From Utricularia gibba (lineage: Eukaryota; Plantae; Magnoliophyta), in assembly GCA_002189035.1 (NCBI GenBank), contig NEEC01000012.1:620001-684000 (forward strand): DNA of 64,000 nt, in the 5' to 3' direction. The position numbers and the translations under genes are program-made. The notes beneath the pieces are model-generated. The model searched no databases. It saw only the letters and a list, made by a program, of their open reading frames with translations, and was not told the DNA's origin. Below, in pieces: positions 25,501-39,139 of this stretch. How positions within the stretch are numbered: the stretch's first letter is position 1; each line of letters opens with the position of its first letter.

Positions 25501-27817
25501 GGTATGCGAAATGCAGCCCCCGAGGATGGTTAAGGAATATCAAAGACTTACAAGTAAATTGACCGCCCTCAATCGATTCATATCTCAGCCAGTAGACAGA
25601 TCCACATCTTTCTTCAAAGTCCTCTGAAAAGGGAATACTCTGAAAAGAGTACATTTCAATGCCACCTCTTCTGGTGGCCCTGAAGGAAGGAGAATTCTTA
25701 GGGCTTTATCTATCAGTGTCACCCGTTGTGGTCAGTGCATTTCTGGTGACTATTTCAGAGGGAAAACACTTACTAGTGTATTACATGAGTAAAGTTCTCC
25801 TACTGGAGGAGACTCGATATTCTGTAATCGAGAAGTTCATCCAAGCCTTGAAGATGGCCACCACTAAGCTAAAATCATACTTCCAGGATCGCATATCGTG
25901 GTATTCACAAATCAACCATTGAAGAACATTCTCTCTCATCCTAAGATTTCTGGAACAGTGACCAAATGGGCGGTCGAATTAAGCAACATGAATATTGAAT
26001 TCAGGTCGAGAATGACAATAAAGGCTCAGCCTCTCGCCAATTTTGTGGTCGAAATGACTAGGCCAATTGACCGATTCATGGAAACTAACGACCGATGGGC
26101 TATGTATGTCCATGAGTCGACATACAATGAGGTGGAGGAGAAATCAACAACAAAAACTTGGGATGAAGAACACATTTATATTATAATGAAATTCTTATTT
26201 CCCACCACTAATAATATTACCGAGTATGAAGCCCTGATTGAGGGAATGAAGGTGGCCAAGGAACTCGAAGTTGCAAAACTCGATGCTTATATTGATTCAC
26301 AACTAGTGCAAGGGCAGTTTTCAGGTGAGTACGAAACTTATGATCCATTAATGACTTTATACTGTGTTAAGGTGAAGGAACTTGCAAAAACCTTCAAGGA
26401 GAGTTTACCTTGTCTCACATGGCTCGTGAAGAAAACGTGTTAGCGGATAGGCTGGCTCAATTTGCCGCAGAATTCTTGAATTTGAGAGAAGGAATTGTGA
26501 CAGTTCGGCTATAGGGTCAACCTTCAGTGATTCTACAGGCAATGAATCATATTAACCATCAACCCGTGAATGATATCTCTCCACAGCTTAATCCCGACGA
26601 GGATTGGATGTCACCATTTGGTATCTTCAAAGCGGAGAAGAATCAACCGATAAATGCAAGCTCAAAAGCAGGAGGTTAGAGTAAAGAGGTATACACTAAT
26701 AGACGGAATTCTCTATCGGAAATCCTTTGATGAACTCCTACTGAGATGCATCAGAAAAGAGCAATCTCAGGACCTTATAATCGATTTACACAAAGAAGAG
26801 TGCGAGAGTCATGTCGAGATACGATCTTTATGAAGAAAAGCATTGAGAAGCGGGTACTATTGACCGACTATGAAACGAGACATCACGGAGGTAGTAAAGA
26901 AGTGCAAGGCGTGCCAATACCATGCGAGTGTACCTAGAAAACCACTAAACAACCTCACCACTCTCGTGCCCATTTGACCGCTGGGGAGTAGACATCATGG
27001 GGCCTTTTTCCCAAACGCCCGGCTAGAGGAAATTTGTTATCGTAGGGATAGAATATTTCTCCAAATGGGTGGAAGCAGAAGCTGTGGCAAAAATATAAGA
27101 GGAAACAGTTATCCGATTTTTGTAGAGAAACATCTTCATTTGATTAGGAGTACCTCAAGAGCTGGTAACCGATAATAGGATCCAGTTTGCTGGGTGGAAG
27201 ATGGATACTTTCTTGGATAAATATTCGGTCAAGCACAACTTCACCTCGATATATCATCTTGAGAGCAATGATCTTACGAAGGTTACAAACCAAACGCTCA
27301 AACAAGGTATGAGAACCAAACTTGACGGCTTCGGGAGATCATGGGCAGACCGATTGGACAAGATGCTATAGTCGTACCATACAACTCCTTGAACTACCAC
27401 AGAAGAGTCTACTTTCCCGTTGGTTTACAGATCGGAAGCCATATGCCCAGTTGAGTTAACATTGAAAAGCTATCGGGTAGAACACCACAATGAAAAGGAA
27501 AATGCCGATTTGCAAAGACTAGAGTTGGAATTATTGGAGGAGAAACAACAAAGTATATATAGCCAACTAGGGGCTTATTGAAAGAGAACTGAGAAGAGTT
27601 ATAATAGATCAGTATACCCAAGGGAATTCTCGAAGAAGACTTGGTACTCTGAAGCAGTCAACCGCAAAGCAATCTTAGGAAATTAGAACGCAATTGGGAA
27701 GGCCCTTATCGAATTTCAAGGGTGATCGGTAAAGGAGCATATCGTCTGGAACAGCTAGATGACGTAGAATTCCCAAGATCATGGAATGCAGCCCATTTGA
27801 GGAAATTTTATGCATAA
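22586..27817 (+). pseudogene. Tat gag-pol polyprotein, broken by stops and frameshifts
   Basis: Protease IFVDQGSSCNIM (~24250). RT MCVDFTDFN, MPFGLKNA, VYVDDMIVKS. Second (archaeal-type) RNase H TTNNITEYEALIEG...DSQLV. Integrase WGVDIMGPF, FSKWVEAEA. C-terminal WEGPYRI...WNAAHLRKFYA* ending at 27817. Confidence 0.92.
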
Positions 27818-28399
27818 TCGGCTCACTATTGACTCTTGTTTTGAACTTCATTTGGTTCGATATTCTCTATCCTGAAGCACTCAAGTAATTGCGAATTCTC
27901 CACAACAGAGATGAGATAACAGGATTGTAAAGCCTTGGCCAAGTAATATAAGCCCATGTGAATTCAACAAATCTATACCTCCCGAACAATATGGCTAATT
28001 AGCCAGGGGCTCCCCCAAAAGCGTATGACCCCCTAAGCTCAAGCATCAATGATAACGATAAGCCGTGGTACAACTTGGGCACCGATTTTCATAACTGCTC
28101 ATGTAAAGCTCTAAGTATAAATCTTACTACCAAATCTCAAGATGGTAAGAGGGCCCAAAGCAAACCCGACTATGTTCTGATCACATAGAGTTTTGGCCAG
28201 AAGAGAGCCTATTCCGGTTGGGGGAGCAACTCAACACTTGGGGGGTTCCGAATTACTCCCCTAGCAGTGGCTCAGCTCGTGTAAGAAAAAACTAAGGCGA
28301 ATGGTCAAAGTAAAGTGCAAAACACGAATGCGTAAAATAAAGCATCCTTGAATTGGGAAAAATGTTGTCCCAAACCAGGATCTCGAATCGATGGCAAAA

Positions 28400-30350
28400 A
28401 CATCAATTCACATAGTGAGGAAGACTTAAGGGAGGGGATCGGTGGAGGGGTCAACATGCCCCTCCAATCTCGCCATCAGTCTTGCTTCGTTCTCCCTTTG
28501 GATTCTTGTTTGGATTAGCACCTACAGATGCTTCAAATCGGCTCAAAACTCAAACTTTGGAACCTGAAACACATCCAGGATGACATCTTGCATGTTTTCA
28601 TCCTTTTCAGGGGACTGATTCCGGAAAAATGAGGGTTGTTAATACACAACCAGAACTCGTGAGCAATTAGGCGCATCTACTGATACAAAAGCACACTGGT
28701 CAGGTCGCCAGCATAAATATTTGAGAGCTCTATGAAACAGGCAGAGCTGACGAAGTCATCCAGAATCCTTTGTCGAGAAGATTCTTGGTCACGCAACTCA
28801 GCCTCCAGAGCAGAGATACGATTCTTCGCATGCGCCAACTCCAAACCAGTCTCCTTGAACCTGACCTTGAAAGCCTCTTTTTTCGAATTCTGTTGTCAAT
28901 GGGTTTCCCCATCTCCTCCATCACCTGCGTCAGCTCCTCCTCACACTGAGTTCTTTTACCCAAGGTTACCCTTAGGGAGTGCTCCCCATCATCCATGAGT
29001 TCGATCTTGGCATCTTGAGCCACAATAACAGCTTCGAGCCTGGAGACCTTATATGGAAGGCACCGACCCTCTCAAAGCAGACTCCAGCCTAGAGTAAAAC
29101 CCTAGAAAAGGAATGCTGACCGAGTTAAAAGTTAAAGCTGCTTGGAAAAGAGGGGAAGGTAGAGGGGAGAATATACCTCCCAAATCCCACTGAGTATTCT
29201 CTTCGGTTGAAGGCTTGTGAAATTGAGACAAATCCCGCTAGGACTGACCCCAGTTCAGCGGGAAATCGGTAGAAAAACGCATCATGATGGAAGTCTCTAA
29301 CCTAGCTCTCCTTGCCATCTGATCAACTGCGAGCCGAAATGTGAAGATGGTTAAAGAAAATAAATTAGGGTCGCATGGAGGAAATGGGGATTGACTACCT
29401 TTTTGCCTTTTGGAAGGTTTTTGAGCATAAACCTTCACCCTTTTCTTTTTCTTTGGAGCTTGGGTTTGGACTGGAGGCTAAGGATCCAGCTCGGATGAAA
29501 CAGGTATTGTCGGGCTCAAAGAGGGATGGGCATTTAAGGGAACACCGGATTTGAGGGAACACCGGGTGGAGATTGGAGAAGATGTCGGAACTCTAACTCA
29601 GAACTTGGAGGAATGATGAAATCGAACCACTGTTCGCCCCGACTACGGCCGAGGATTTCACAACTTGTCAAAGATTCCCGCGAAAGCATTAAGGCTCGGG
29701 ATTTGAACTTGACAGTGCATTTACCAAGTTTCTGATAAACCTCTCTACGAGACTCATTAGAGGGACAAAATCAACAGAAGGGTCTTACCTTGAAAGGAGT
29801 AGGGAGCTTAATCGGAAAATTCCATCTAGCTCCCAACGGAGGAGCGACCTAGATGAAAGAGGACCACCAGTTGTGGTGGGTATCAGGGGATTTTAGGATG
29901 AAATAGGGATGATCTTCAAATTTTCGAAATTGAAAATGGGAAAAATCGTGCATCGGACATTTGGCTTTATGGACTGCAACTTTAAAGAGTTGAAAAAAGT
30001 CCACCAGCGTCATACCCATATCCATGCCCCCGGAATAAAAGAGGAAGGTCAAAATTTCAAGTTCGGGAAGAGGCAATAAAGTGGGACAGAAAACATATTC
30101 AAAATTGAACAGTAAGAAGATGGAGTGGAAAGCGAAGACCGCTTTCCAGATAGGCTATGAGAATCGAGAGATTGAAGCGAGGAAGAGGCCTTTCTCCTGC
30201 ACCCCAAGGTCTTTGGCTATCCCTAGCCTAGCTGACAATGTAATCATCTAGGATCGAGTACTTAGACCGAATAGCAGAGATGTTCAATTCACTAGACTTC
30301 ATACCCATCTCGACTGAAGAAACCGGGAAAAAGAAGAACTTAAAATAGGA
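28400..30350 (-). pseudogene. Antisense accessory ORF of the Tat element (Transposase_28/PF04195-like N-terminus plus coiled-coil C-terminus), decayed
   Basis: Minus-strand fragments AYLESGLRFPLH and TLVDFFQLF...HHNWWSSFI, followed by an E/K/R-rich coiled-coil-like segment at 28730-29023. TATA-like ctatatatataag on minus at 30553-30564. Confidence 0.7.
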
Positions 30351-30762
30351 GGAAAACCCCATAGGGAGATAGAGGCCTACAGAATCCTAAAATCCCCAAA
30401 ATTGAATGGAAAAGACAAATAACAGAGCGGTACCTGAAGAATTTGCGGTTTCCGGTGAATCCCACGGCAGCTGAGGGCAACGGTGAGCGAACAGTGCAGA
30501 AATCTCACCAGCAACAAAAAGGAACAAAGAAGTAAAATGACCGGAGGAGCACTTATATATATAGTGCGATGATTGGAATGTCAAAAGTTTGAGCGGGAAA
30601 ACACGTCAGCGTATGAGGACAGCACGTGGCAGGGTGAGAGAACGATAAGCAATCAAAAAGGCACCGTGGGGAAAATTTGGTAGTCGTTAAATTGGAATGA
30701 ATGTTGCTTTTGATATGCCGACCTCGCACAAGCAGAAGGTTCGAAAAATCAAAGGGGTTGAA

Positions 30763-31306
30763 TGTTGGAGAGGCACATCGGGTGATGTAAATCGAGTGGA
30801 GAGAAGGTCAAAAGGTGTTCTAACAAAACTTTGTTAGCAGAAAGACTGATAAAATGTCAGGTCAGAGTCGCAGTAGCTACCTAGACAGTTTGAAAAGTCG
30901 CAGAATTATAGGAGTGACAACATAGTCGGCGGTTATCTGTCAGGGGGAAACACAGTACGGCTAATAGGCACAGAAAGTAGCCAACATCTACAAGCCTCAG
31001 GATTCGGTCAGATCAACCCATCCTATAAATACAAGAAAGCTAGAAGAAGGAGGGAGTTGAACTACTTGCATTCTCACTTGTAACTCTCCACCTGCATCTA
31101 GTGAAATCATTCTCCAATGAGCTCCGACTGCTTCGTGGTTTTTCCATCCTCCAACAGTTTCCACGTAAAAATCGTTGTCTGTTTTCATTTCTATCATCCG
31201 CCTTGCATCGTCCAAAACGTAAATTTCTAAATCAGATCCGACTCTTCAGCCTTGCCCATAACCTAAAAATCGATTCCCACCTTATTGCCAATTTTCAACC
31301 ACAACA
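30763..31306 (+). repeat. 3' LTR of the Tat element (544 bp), preceded by PPT 30751-30762
   Basis: aaaggggttgaa|TGTTGGAG...caaccacaaCA, with internal TATA cctataaata. Confidence 0.9.
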
Positions 31307-33448
31307 TCTATGTAAATGATGTGGGTAAGGTTTCCTTAGAGTCCTATATCTGAGGCTTGGTAGTCATGACTCCTATCTCTTGAGCCTTGGGCATAGGTCC
31401 TGACAGTAAGACATTAAGTGTTAGTGCTTAAATGCAATTATAAATTCGCTACATAAAAAATACACACACCCATATTCTGGTATCGAATGAGATATAAGTA
31501 TAATGGAAGTTGTTTATTACATGGTGGCTGGTCATAGAAAGACTCAATTAGTTCACTTGATTATTCTTACATCTTGGGGATCATGATATGCTGCTAAATA
31601 TCAATCATGATCGATAATGATGGATTTAATTAATTAAGAGTTAATTAATAATCCATTATTATGGTCTTGATTGAAGAAGTCATGATTTTCATATCCTAAA
31701 AACATGAAAATTTGTGTGATATCACAACTCAATTCTTTGAGTCTCATGGGCTTATAGGTATTGTCATGTACATTCATCTATATATGTGTGTTCTCTTCAT
31801 CATCCCAAGTAAAGGCAAGTTGATGTTCCAATTAGCACCCAAAGATCCACTTGATATTTTGCACCAACTATGGTTTGCAGAGACAGGAATTAAGGGCATT
31901 GTTGTGGGGACTATGATATCATGAAGGAAATGAACTCTTATCCACGTTTGGATGACTAGATACCTATATCAATATTTTCCAAGGACCATTTGATGAATTG
32001 TTGAGCATACGGTCATAGGAATACTCCAAAAGCAAACAAGGAAGCAAGTTAATAAGATATGCCAATGTAGAAGCAAGACATCATATGTTACGAGTGTAAT
32101 ACCAAATCACCCCTAGATAATGGCATCTACTCTCATACCTAAAGCTTGTTCGAAAGCGGTTTATTCTCTATGATTAGTTTTTGAAAATCGGCACCTAGGG
32201 CATTGCTTTGATCATCCAAGGCTGCACACTCAATGTTCGCTGGTTCATTCTGATTGCCATCATGAGTTTGCTCTTCCTCCTTGTTTGCACGTGAGCTTTA
32301 GACTATGCCACACCATAGCCTGCACGTTCCTTGAGCACTACAGATGGTGGCAGTATGTCGTCCAACTCCTTAGTCTTTGTGCCGAACAAATCCACAAGTT
32401 GATGCATTTCATCACTTGACAACTTTTTGAAGCATGATATTTCCAACACTAAAATGAATATATATATATATATATATATATTATTAATGTAGAATGTATA
32501 CACAAACAACAAAACTAGTAAGTCATATCCTTCGTCATGACTACATCATTAGTTGTGGTTAATGTCTATGGGAAATCTGAGTTAGTAGGAGAGTTACACA
32601 AACAAAATTAGACCACCAATTGCCATAGCCATTATATAATTTAGTCACCAAGACTACCTCAAGCTTGCCTTTCAAGAAAAATTGCTTTGTGCCCTTTCTC
32701 TTAACATAGACATTGACCATGAAGAAGGTTTCTAGTTCATAGTAGATACCTTCATCCTTGAAAATGCTTCCAAATTCTAGAGTATACACAATACAATGAG
32801 TTAAATGAGATAATGAGATGTGTAATGGTCTTAGTAACAGATTCAAGGGTAGTCTCAAACTACATCGAATATATCTAATGCTAACTATGAAACATATTGT
32901 GCCTACACGTAGAGGTGACTCCTGTTTTATAGATTTTCATTTGGTTCGTTGTCCTAGATCCAATACATGACTTCAATGGAATATCTCAAGCAAAGTTTCT
33001 CATTTGTCAACATCTGCAATGTATGTATAGCAAGCAAGCAGTCGGTCGAAGAAACATCAAACTGCTGGCAGATAGAAGAAGTTACTCAAATTTACTAGCA
33101 TACCTTCCAAAATACTGGTAGACAAAAGATGAATCTGAATGTTGCTGCTTGTGCTATTGTAAAATCTCAGTCCCGGAGAAGGCAATGGACAAAATTTAGG
33201 GGAAATGGGCGATGGTAAATGTTCAATTAGAGATTTAACATTTATGATAAAAGGGGTGATTGGGTCGACTGTCACATTGAATAAGATTAATTCTTAATGT
33301 TACAAATTTTTAATAGTGGTCACTTATCTCACGATGTCTTGATGTTTGCAAATATTCCTTTGAAAATTAGTAAAACATGAAACACTGCACTCGACACTTC
33401 AAGGTACAGGTCACAAATACCGCATTCAACTCATTATGTTGCCATCAT

Positions 33449-36094
33449 TGATGCGTGTCGTTTTCACAATAAATTTTAATATTTTTAAAACTCATAAACA
33501 CGAAAACGTAGTACGGGTGTCGAACACTGAGAGATGTTTTTGAGTGAAAGGTGTTAAGTGTCATTTTCTAGTTATTTATTAGGTATTATTATGTATTAAT
33601 CTAGTATTAAGTCGCCCAAATTAGGAGTTTTATTATTAAGTATTTGATTTTATTAGAAAAATCCTATTTTCCTATTTTTTATATATTTTCTGTCTTTTTT
33701 CGTGCATTTTGACCAAGACATGTTACGAGATTGTCGTGGAGTGTTGTAGGAGTATTGCAGGTGGTCAGACGTTGTAGGAGTACGCGACTTGGAACGCAAT
33801 ACTAGTCAAGGCCCTTGACTTACGGCATGTCAGAGTCTGCAACAATGATTGGGCGTTAACTTGCACGCAAAGGAAAGCTGCTGGCACACGCAAGATAGAA
33901 TGAATGATGGGAAGGGAACCCAAAGGAGTTAATGCATGTGGGGAGTGATATAAAAGCCACTTGAAGCATTTAGTTTGGGACTTTTTGACATTTTCTCTTG
34001 TACTTAGAACTTTTGAGTTCTTCCACCCCTCAAGGAGGAAGAACACTTAGATTCCAATTTCGTTTCTGTTTTCATGGCCGTTTGTTGGTAAAACCTTTTA
34101 GTTTCTGGGAGAAGATGATGTTTCCATCCAAGTCTTGAGCAATACAGTTGGTTCTTCGCTGAATTCATTTCGGATTTTGCATACTTCTGCGCATCTTGTT
34201 GCAGTCTTTCTATAATGACTCCTAGTCAAGGTCCATGAGTAGCAGGCCACTCCTCGCAGATTTTGGTGAAGATCAAGGTGAAGAGCACCAACTCCAACCC
34301 TGTCGGTTTGAGGGAAGTAGCAGATTGTTTGTGGCCTAGGTACCGCGACAGTGGACAGGTTGTGACCTCGGACCTACCACTGGCCATTGGCAACAGCTGG
34401 GCACACGTGCACAATTCGGTTTTGAAGGCAATCGAAAGCAATCCTCTTATCTTCTTAATTGTCCAAGGGGGAATCATATGAGGCTATTCCCGTGTCTCCT
34501 TATCAATCAGAGTGTAAGGGAGAGTAGGCTATTCCTTGCTCCTATAACCAGCTATTCGGAGGAAATCAGTGAAAACCGAGGCAAGGATGGACAAAGGAAG
34601 GAGACGGAATCTCATTCCCAAGAATTGCATCCCGTAGTCAAGGCCCATCACTAAGGTTGTAACTTTTATTTTTGCATCTCAAAAACCCCCTTTTGTAAAA
34701 CCGTGACATTTTGTAAAAGTTTCTAATAAAACACTTTTCACGAAAAATTTTTAAATATTTAAAATTTCTAATAAAAGTTTCTAATAAAACACTTTTGCAA
34801 AACCATGACACTCGTACTACACTCTTTGTGTTCTACATTTTAAATATTTAAATTTTTTTGAGAAAACGACACGCAACAAAAGGTGAGATACACCGAATAC
34901 AACTGTCATGATTTGTAAACGGTCTTGAAAGTAAAAGGTGTGAGAAACGTTGATGATGAAGCTTGAGTAAGGGAATAAGAGGGGTTTTGAACAGACAACT
35001 CAAATTGAAGTAAGCGATGAACCTTAAATAAATTAAATATTCCTGGATTTGGAATTCTGTCCAGCTATGTTCGTTGCGTCTTACTCTTCTCTGGTCTTCT
35101 CGAGTACTCGGTTATAGGAATAAGGAATTGTCTATCCTCCCTTACACTCTCTTGCAAGAAGGCACGGTAATAGTCTGATGTTGCTCCTTCTTGGACAAAT
35201 GTGAGAATAAGAGGTCTTGCTAGCGTACCCTCACGGCCAAATGACTCAATGAGTTCAGATACAAGGTCACTAATTGTCCATTGATTCTGAGGTACGACCA
35301 CAGACAAAACGCTGTCTTCCTCCTGCCAAAAGGGCACGAGTTGGTGCTCTCCACCGTGCCCCTCTCCAAAACTCGCGGTAGTGATCAGTTAACTATGAAT
35401 CTTGAATAAGGGGACTATTACAGAAAGTGTGCAACATAGTTGCATGAAGACAAACAGAACCCATTCAAATTTAAAGAAGAGATGAAGATAAGCTAACGAA
35501 ATATAGATCAGGGGGTGTCCCAACCTAGAAAATGGAAGTTTCTAGCCCCGAATGGCCATACAAACTAAAAGAAACGAGAACAAGTTTCTAGAAAGAAGCT
35601 AGAGGAAAATCGTCTAGAGAGAGAAAAAAAAAGGGAAAACTAAACTAACTCCTCTTCTCTGAATTGAACTAAGCTGAACTATTTTGTCTGAGCTTTCGTG
35701 TTCCTCTGGTTTTGCTGGACTTGGGGTGACTTGCAAGCAAATGTCTGCTCTGACACACACCAATGATGTCGCCTGTCAGAGACTCCTATGTTCCGCACGT
35801 CAAGGCTCATGATTAGGCGTCTGCAATCTTCGGGAAATCAAGGGAATGTCAGCTCGGGAAGATCCAATTTGTCGCCATCTACTACCATCTTTCTCTCACT
35901 TCCTACCACGTGTGCACCTCTAGAAAAACTCAATTAAAACTAGCAAAATTATTGGATAAAATACAAGATTTATGATAATTACCCTAAACTAGATAAAAAC
36001 CTAAATCTCATATTATAAACTCCTAATTAGACACTTCTAATCACATTTAGACATAAAAACAACCTAAGAAATAGTAAGAAAATGACACTTATCA
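33449..36094 (-). mobile_element. Outer solo LTR (Athila-like; ~1314 bp once the insert is removed)
   Basis: Minus strand TGATAAGTGTCATTTT...gaaaacgacacgcatCA, with exact 5-bp TSD ATCAT at 33444-33448 and 36095-36099. Confidence 0.9.
33552..34878 (+). mobile_element. Inner solo LTR (1327 bp) of a related family, inserted antisense into the outer LTR
   Basis: TGTTAAGTGTCATTTT...gaaaacgacacgcaaCA, with exact TSD AAAGG at 33547-33551 and 34879-34883. Confidence 0.92.
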
Positions 36095-36769
36095 ATCATC
36101 CAATGCAAGCACCACATTTGATATATTGAGATGCTATCTTCTCAACAAATTTGCATGCATCGCAATTCGCACATTGAGGTGCCATCATTTACATATATTC
36201 GCAAGCATTGAAACTTCGCCTTCTAACACATAAATCCAAGCACTACAATTGACATATTGCAATGCTTGTGTCTAATAACTTAGTAGAAGTACCGGCATGT
36301 TGCTATGCTAGTGATTAAGATGCATGAAGTATGTAGCAGTACATTGGGCTCATTGCTGTGTCACCATCTTACATCTTAGAGGATCAAGTCAAAGAATTGC
36401 ATGCTGTCCATTTCGGTGCAAGCATCTAACAAACTTGAAATTGTCACCATTGCATGCAACTGATGGCATTGATAGTGTGGAATGTGTAGCCGGATGAAGT
36501 ATCAAGCTCCACAATAAACCCATTGTGGTGCCAATGACTAACGTCTAGAAGTATTCTTTCACAAGGACCACACCCAAACTTATCCAAATTTCCGTAATTA
36601 CATTCAGATTTTGACCAAGTGAAAGTGTTATGTAGTGGGACTACATCAGTGCAGCATTACAAGCACAAAATCTGAATGATACAAGACATAGAAATCATTA
36701 TGATTTCCTATGTCAATTCAAAAGAAGCAGCCTAACCATATAAACAATCACGGTAACTACAATGAGACG

Positions 36770-38046
36770 ACCCTACCTCCTTCTCCAAGATGACTTAGTT
36801 GCAGAAATGTCATCATCAAGTTCACCCATGTCTACATCAACATTTTGGAAATTCGAAGGCACCTCATTCTCGAGAGGCTCAGTAGTCATTTCCTTGCATA
36901 TGAAATTGTGCAACAAGGCAGATGCCAGAACTATAGTTTTGAATGTCTATTGGATAAAAGCAAGGATTGTGTAATACAGCCCATCTCATTTTTATGAACC
37001 CCCAAGCTCATTCAATAACATTTCTGGTAGAAAAATAATGTATATTATTTTCAAGTTCCAACAACCCAATCCTTCAAATGATATCGAATCTCCATATAAG
37101 TTTCTACAAATCTTTCACAATTTGCATGCCCACTTATCACTTAAGTAATAAGTACCTAGGATAAAAGATGACACATTTTATCGCAAATTATATGCATGTA
37201 ATTGTAAGATGATTTCTATGTGAATATAAAGTACCTCTAAGTACGCATAACCTATCTTCTCAACTTAGTGCATCATTTAGAATTCAGCTATCAACAACAT
37301 AACCCTCCCATCCAACAAGAATGTATATAAAATTCATATTCTCATCACATGAGTAATAAAGACCTAGGATAAGAGATGACACATTATATCTCAAATTATA
37401 TACATGTAATTGTAAGATAATTTCTTTGTGAATATAAATTACCTCTACATATGCATAACGTATCTTCTTGCCTTAGTGCATCATTTAGAACTCTACTATC
37501 GCCATGGAACCCTCCCATCCGGTAATAATGTATATAAAATGCATATTCTCATCACATACCCCTAGCACCTTGGTAGATATTTGACCTTTAGAATTATGAT
37601 ACCTAGGCTTGTCATCATGCCTCACCTGTACACCTATATAGGTACTACCCAAAGCTACTACATAGTTCTACAAGAAAACAATAAAAGCATACAAAATGTT
37701 GTAACCAAGTAAATGCTGATAATAAGAAATATTGAGCTACTTATGGACTACAATGGACCTAGAAGTACTTGAATCTACCAAATGTATACTTAATATTTTT
37801 GGGCTTTTCCAATGGAATATTGTGGAGGATAGGTATTGCATTCAAAACTTCTCTAAAATACTGGGATAATGTCTCTGTGATTCGCTTAAAGATATGTTTT
37901 TGGATTAGCAATTTTTTGTGATGTGATAATACTCCTAAAAACATATCTATCATCTTATAAATGCTCACATATTTTTTCAATTGCAGATTTTCAGGTGCTT
38001 GTAAAACATAGCATAACTTTCCAAATGCATATCTAGATAATCTCAA
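36770..38046 (-). mobile_element. PIF/Harbinger transposase pseudogene
   Basis: MRLSRYAFGKLCYVL...MFLGVLSH...ETLSQYFREVLNAI; CDENMNFIYILVGWEG; RYHLKDW; RNVIE; TIVLASALLHNFI. Confidence 0.85.
37144..37558. repeat. Tandem duplication, 208-bp unit x2
   Basis: Units start agtaataa at 37144 and 37352 and align end to end at roughly 80% identity (by eye). Confidence 0.9.
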
Positions 38047-39139
38047 AATCTCTAATGTTGCTGCATTAGTGTTTTTTAATAGGCTGGGTAAATAGTCAAC
38101 CTATCTAGGTATCTTCTCTTTTACAGAATACCTGTATTTACATTTTTGTCTTCCACAATTTCGAATCCAATAAATATACACAATAAAATTCAATCTAACC
38201 AGATATTTTATTAATATACATGTAATATCACTTAAGCTAACATTATTTTCACAACCATAAGTTGCCATAATTTCAATCCTCCAACCTACTACTCACTGCA
38301 CCCCAACACAATTAAATTAAGGCATAGAAAAAACATCAACTCCAAACACCAAAAAACAGAGACAATAGGATTTGAATGAGCAATTAATGAATCACATCAT
38401 TCTGATTTAAAAAATCACGTAGATACTTCCTAATGCCGATACGTGTGAACTTCATACACCACATTTTTAGAATATAGTTAAAATTCTAGAGTAGGCTTGC
38501 TAAGGACAACATTGCATAACTTACCCAAGTCATATTTGGCAATTTCACAGAAGATTATCGGTGTCTAAGTCGGTGGTTCACAAATGATTCAAAAATTAAA
38601 GAGTAGGGACATCAATGAAAATTATTTTGAGAGCAAGGAACAATTGGAAGTAAAAAAAAGAGGTAAAATGGAAAAAGACAGCATGGTTTTAGATGAATAT
38701 ATTTAAACCCACCCCCAAGTGGGTTTATACAAACCCATATCTATGGATTACTAGTGGGTTTATCTAAACCTGTTGAGTAAATTTATACCCGACATTAACC
38801 TAAATGCCAAACGTTCATAAAACATTAAACTAATCTACAAACCTAGCTAAACCTATGAACCAAACCTGACCTTGTGAATTTGCAATTGATAGATAGAGAT
38901 GAAGTGCATAAATTAGCAACATAGAATCTTCAAAAAGTCAACAAACTGTGGCCTGATAATATAATCCAAAACACAAAAGGGAGCTCTAAGGCAATGAATT
39001 GGTTTGGCCCAAATTAGTCGTTCCTAAAAAAAAATGATTGTTATAGAGACATGGAACTATAAGCTTAACCCTAAATAATTTAGACCATTCTCAATTAAGC
39101 ATAGAATTGGAATACTAGCTTATGAATTGATGTTACTAT

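Larger units (their letters stand above)
22071..31306 (+). mobile_element. Ty3/gypsy Tat (Retand-like) LTR retrotransposon, near full length but decayed
   Basis: Two homologous LTRs, PBS, PPT, gag-protease-RT-RH-aRH-integrase order and a 3' antisense ORF. Confidence 0.95.
32560..36670 (-). pseudogene. Possible Cys/His-rich C1 (DC1) domain gene relic split by the nested LTRs (occupies ~32560-33448 and 36095-36670)
   Basis: Minus-strand fragments FGCGPCER, WVYCGA*YF, PQCANCDACKF, CGACIG and CDSRPNHPFYHKC in shifting frames with stops. Confidence 0.35.

Noticed and set aside
31310-32450. Possible copia-like LTR or gene remnants after the Tat 3' LTR
   Set aside because: No termini, TSD or protein motif that I could support.
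32458-32482. (TA)n and poly-A microsatellites here and elsewhere
   Set aside because: Ordinary simple repeats.
33449-34878. Single element with long terminal inverted repeats (tgatgcgtgtcgttttc...gaaaacgacacgcaaca)
   Set aside because: No TSD for those boundaries. The apparent TIR is the two 3' ends of oppositely oriented nested LTRs, each with its own exact TSD.
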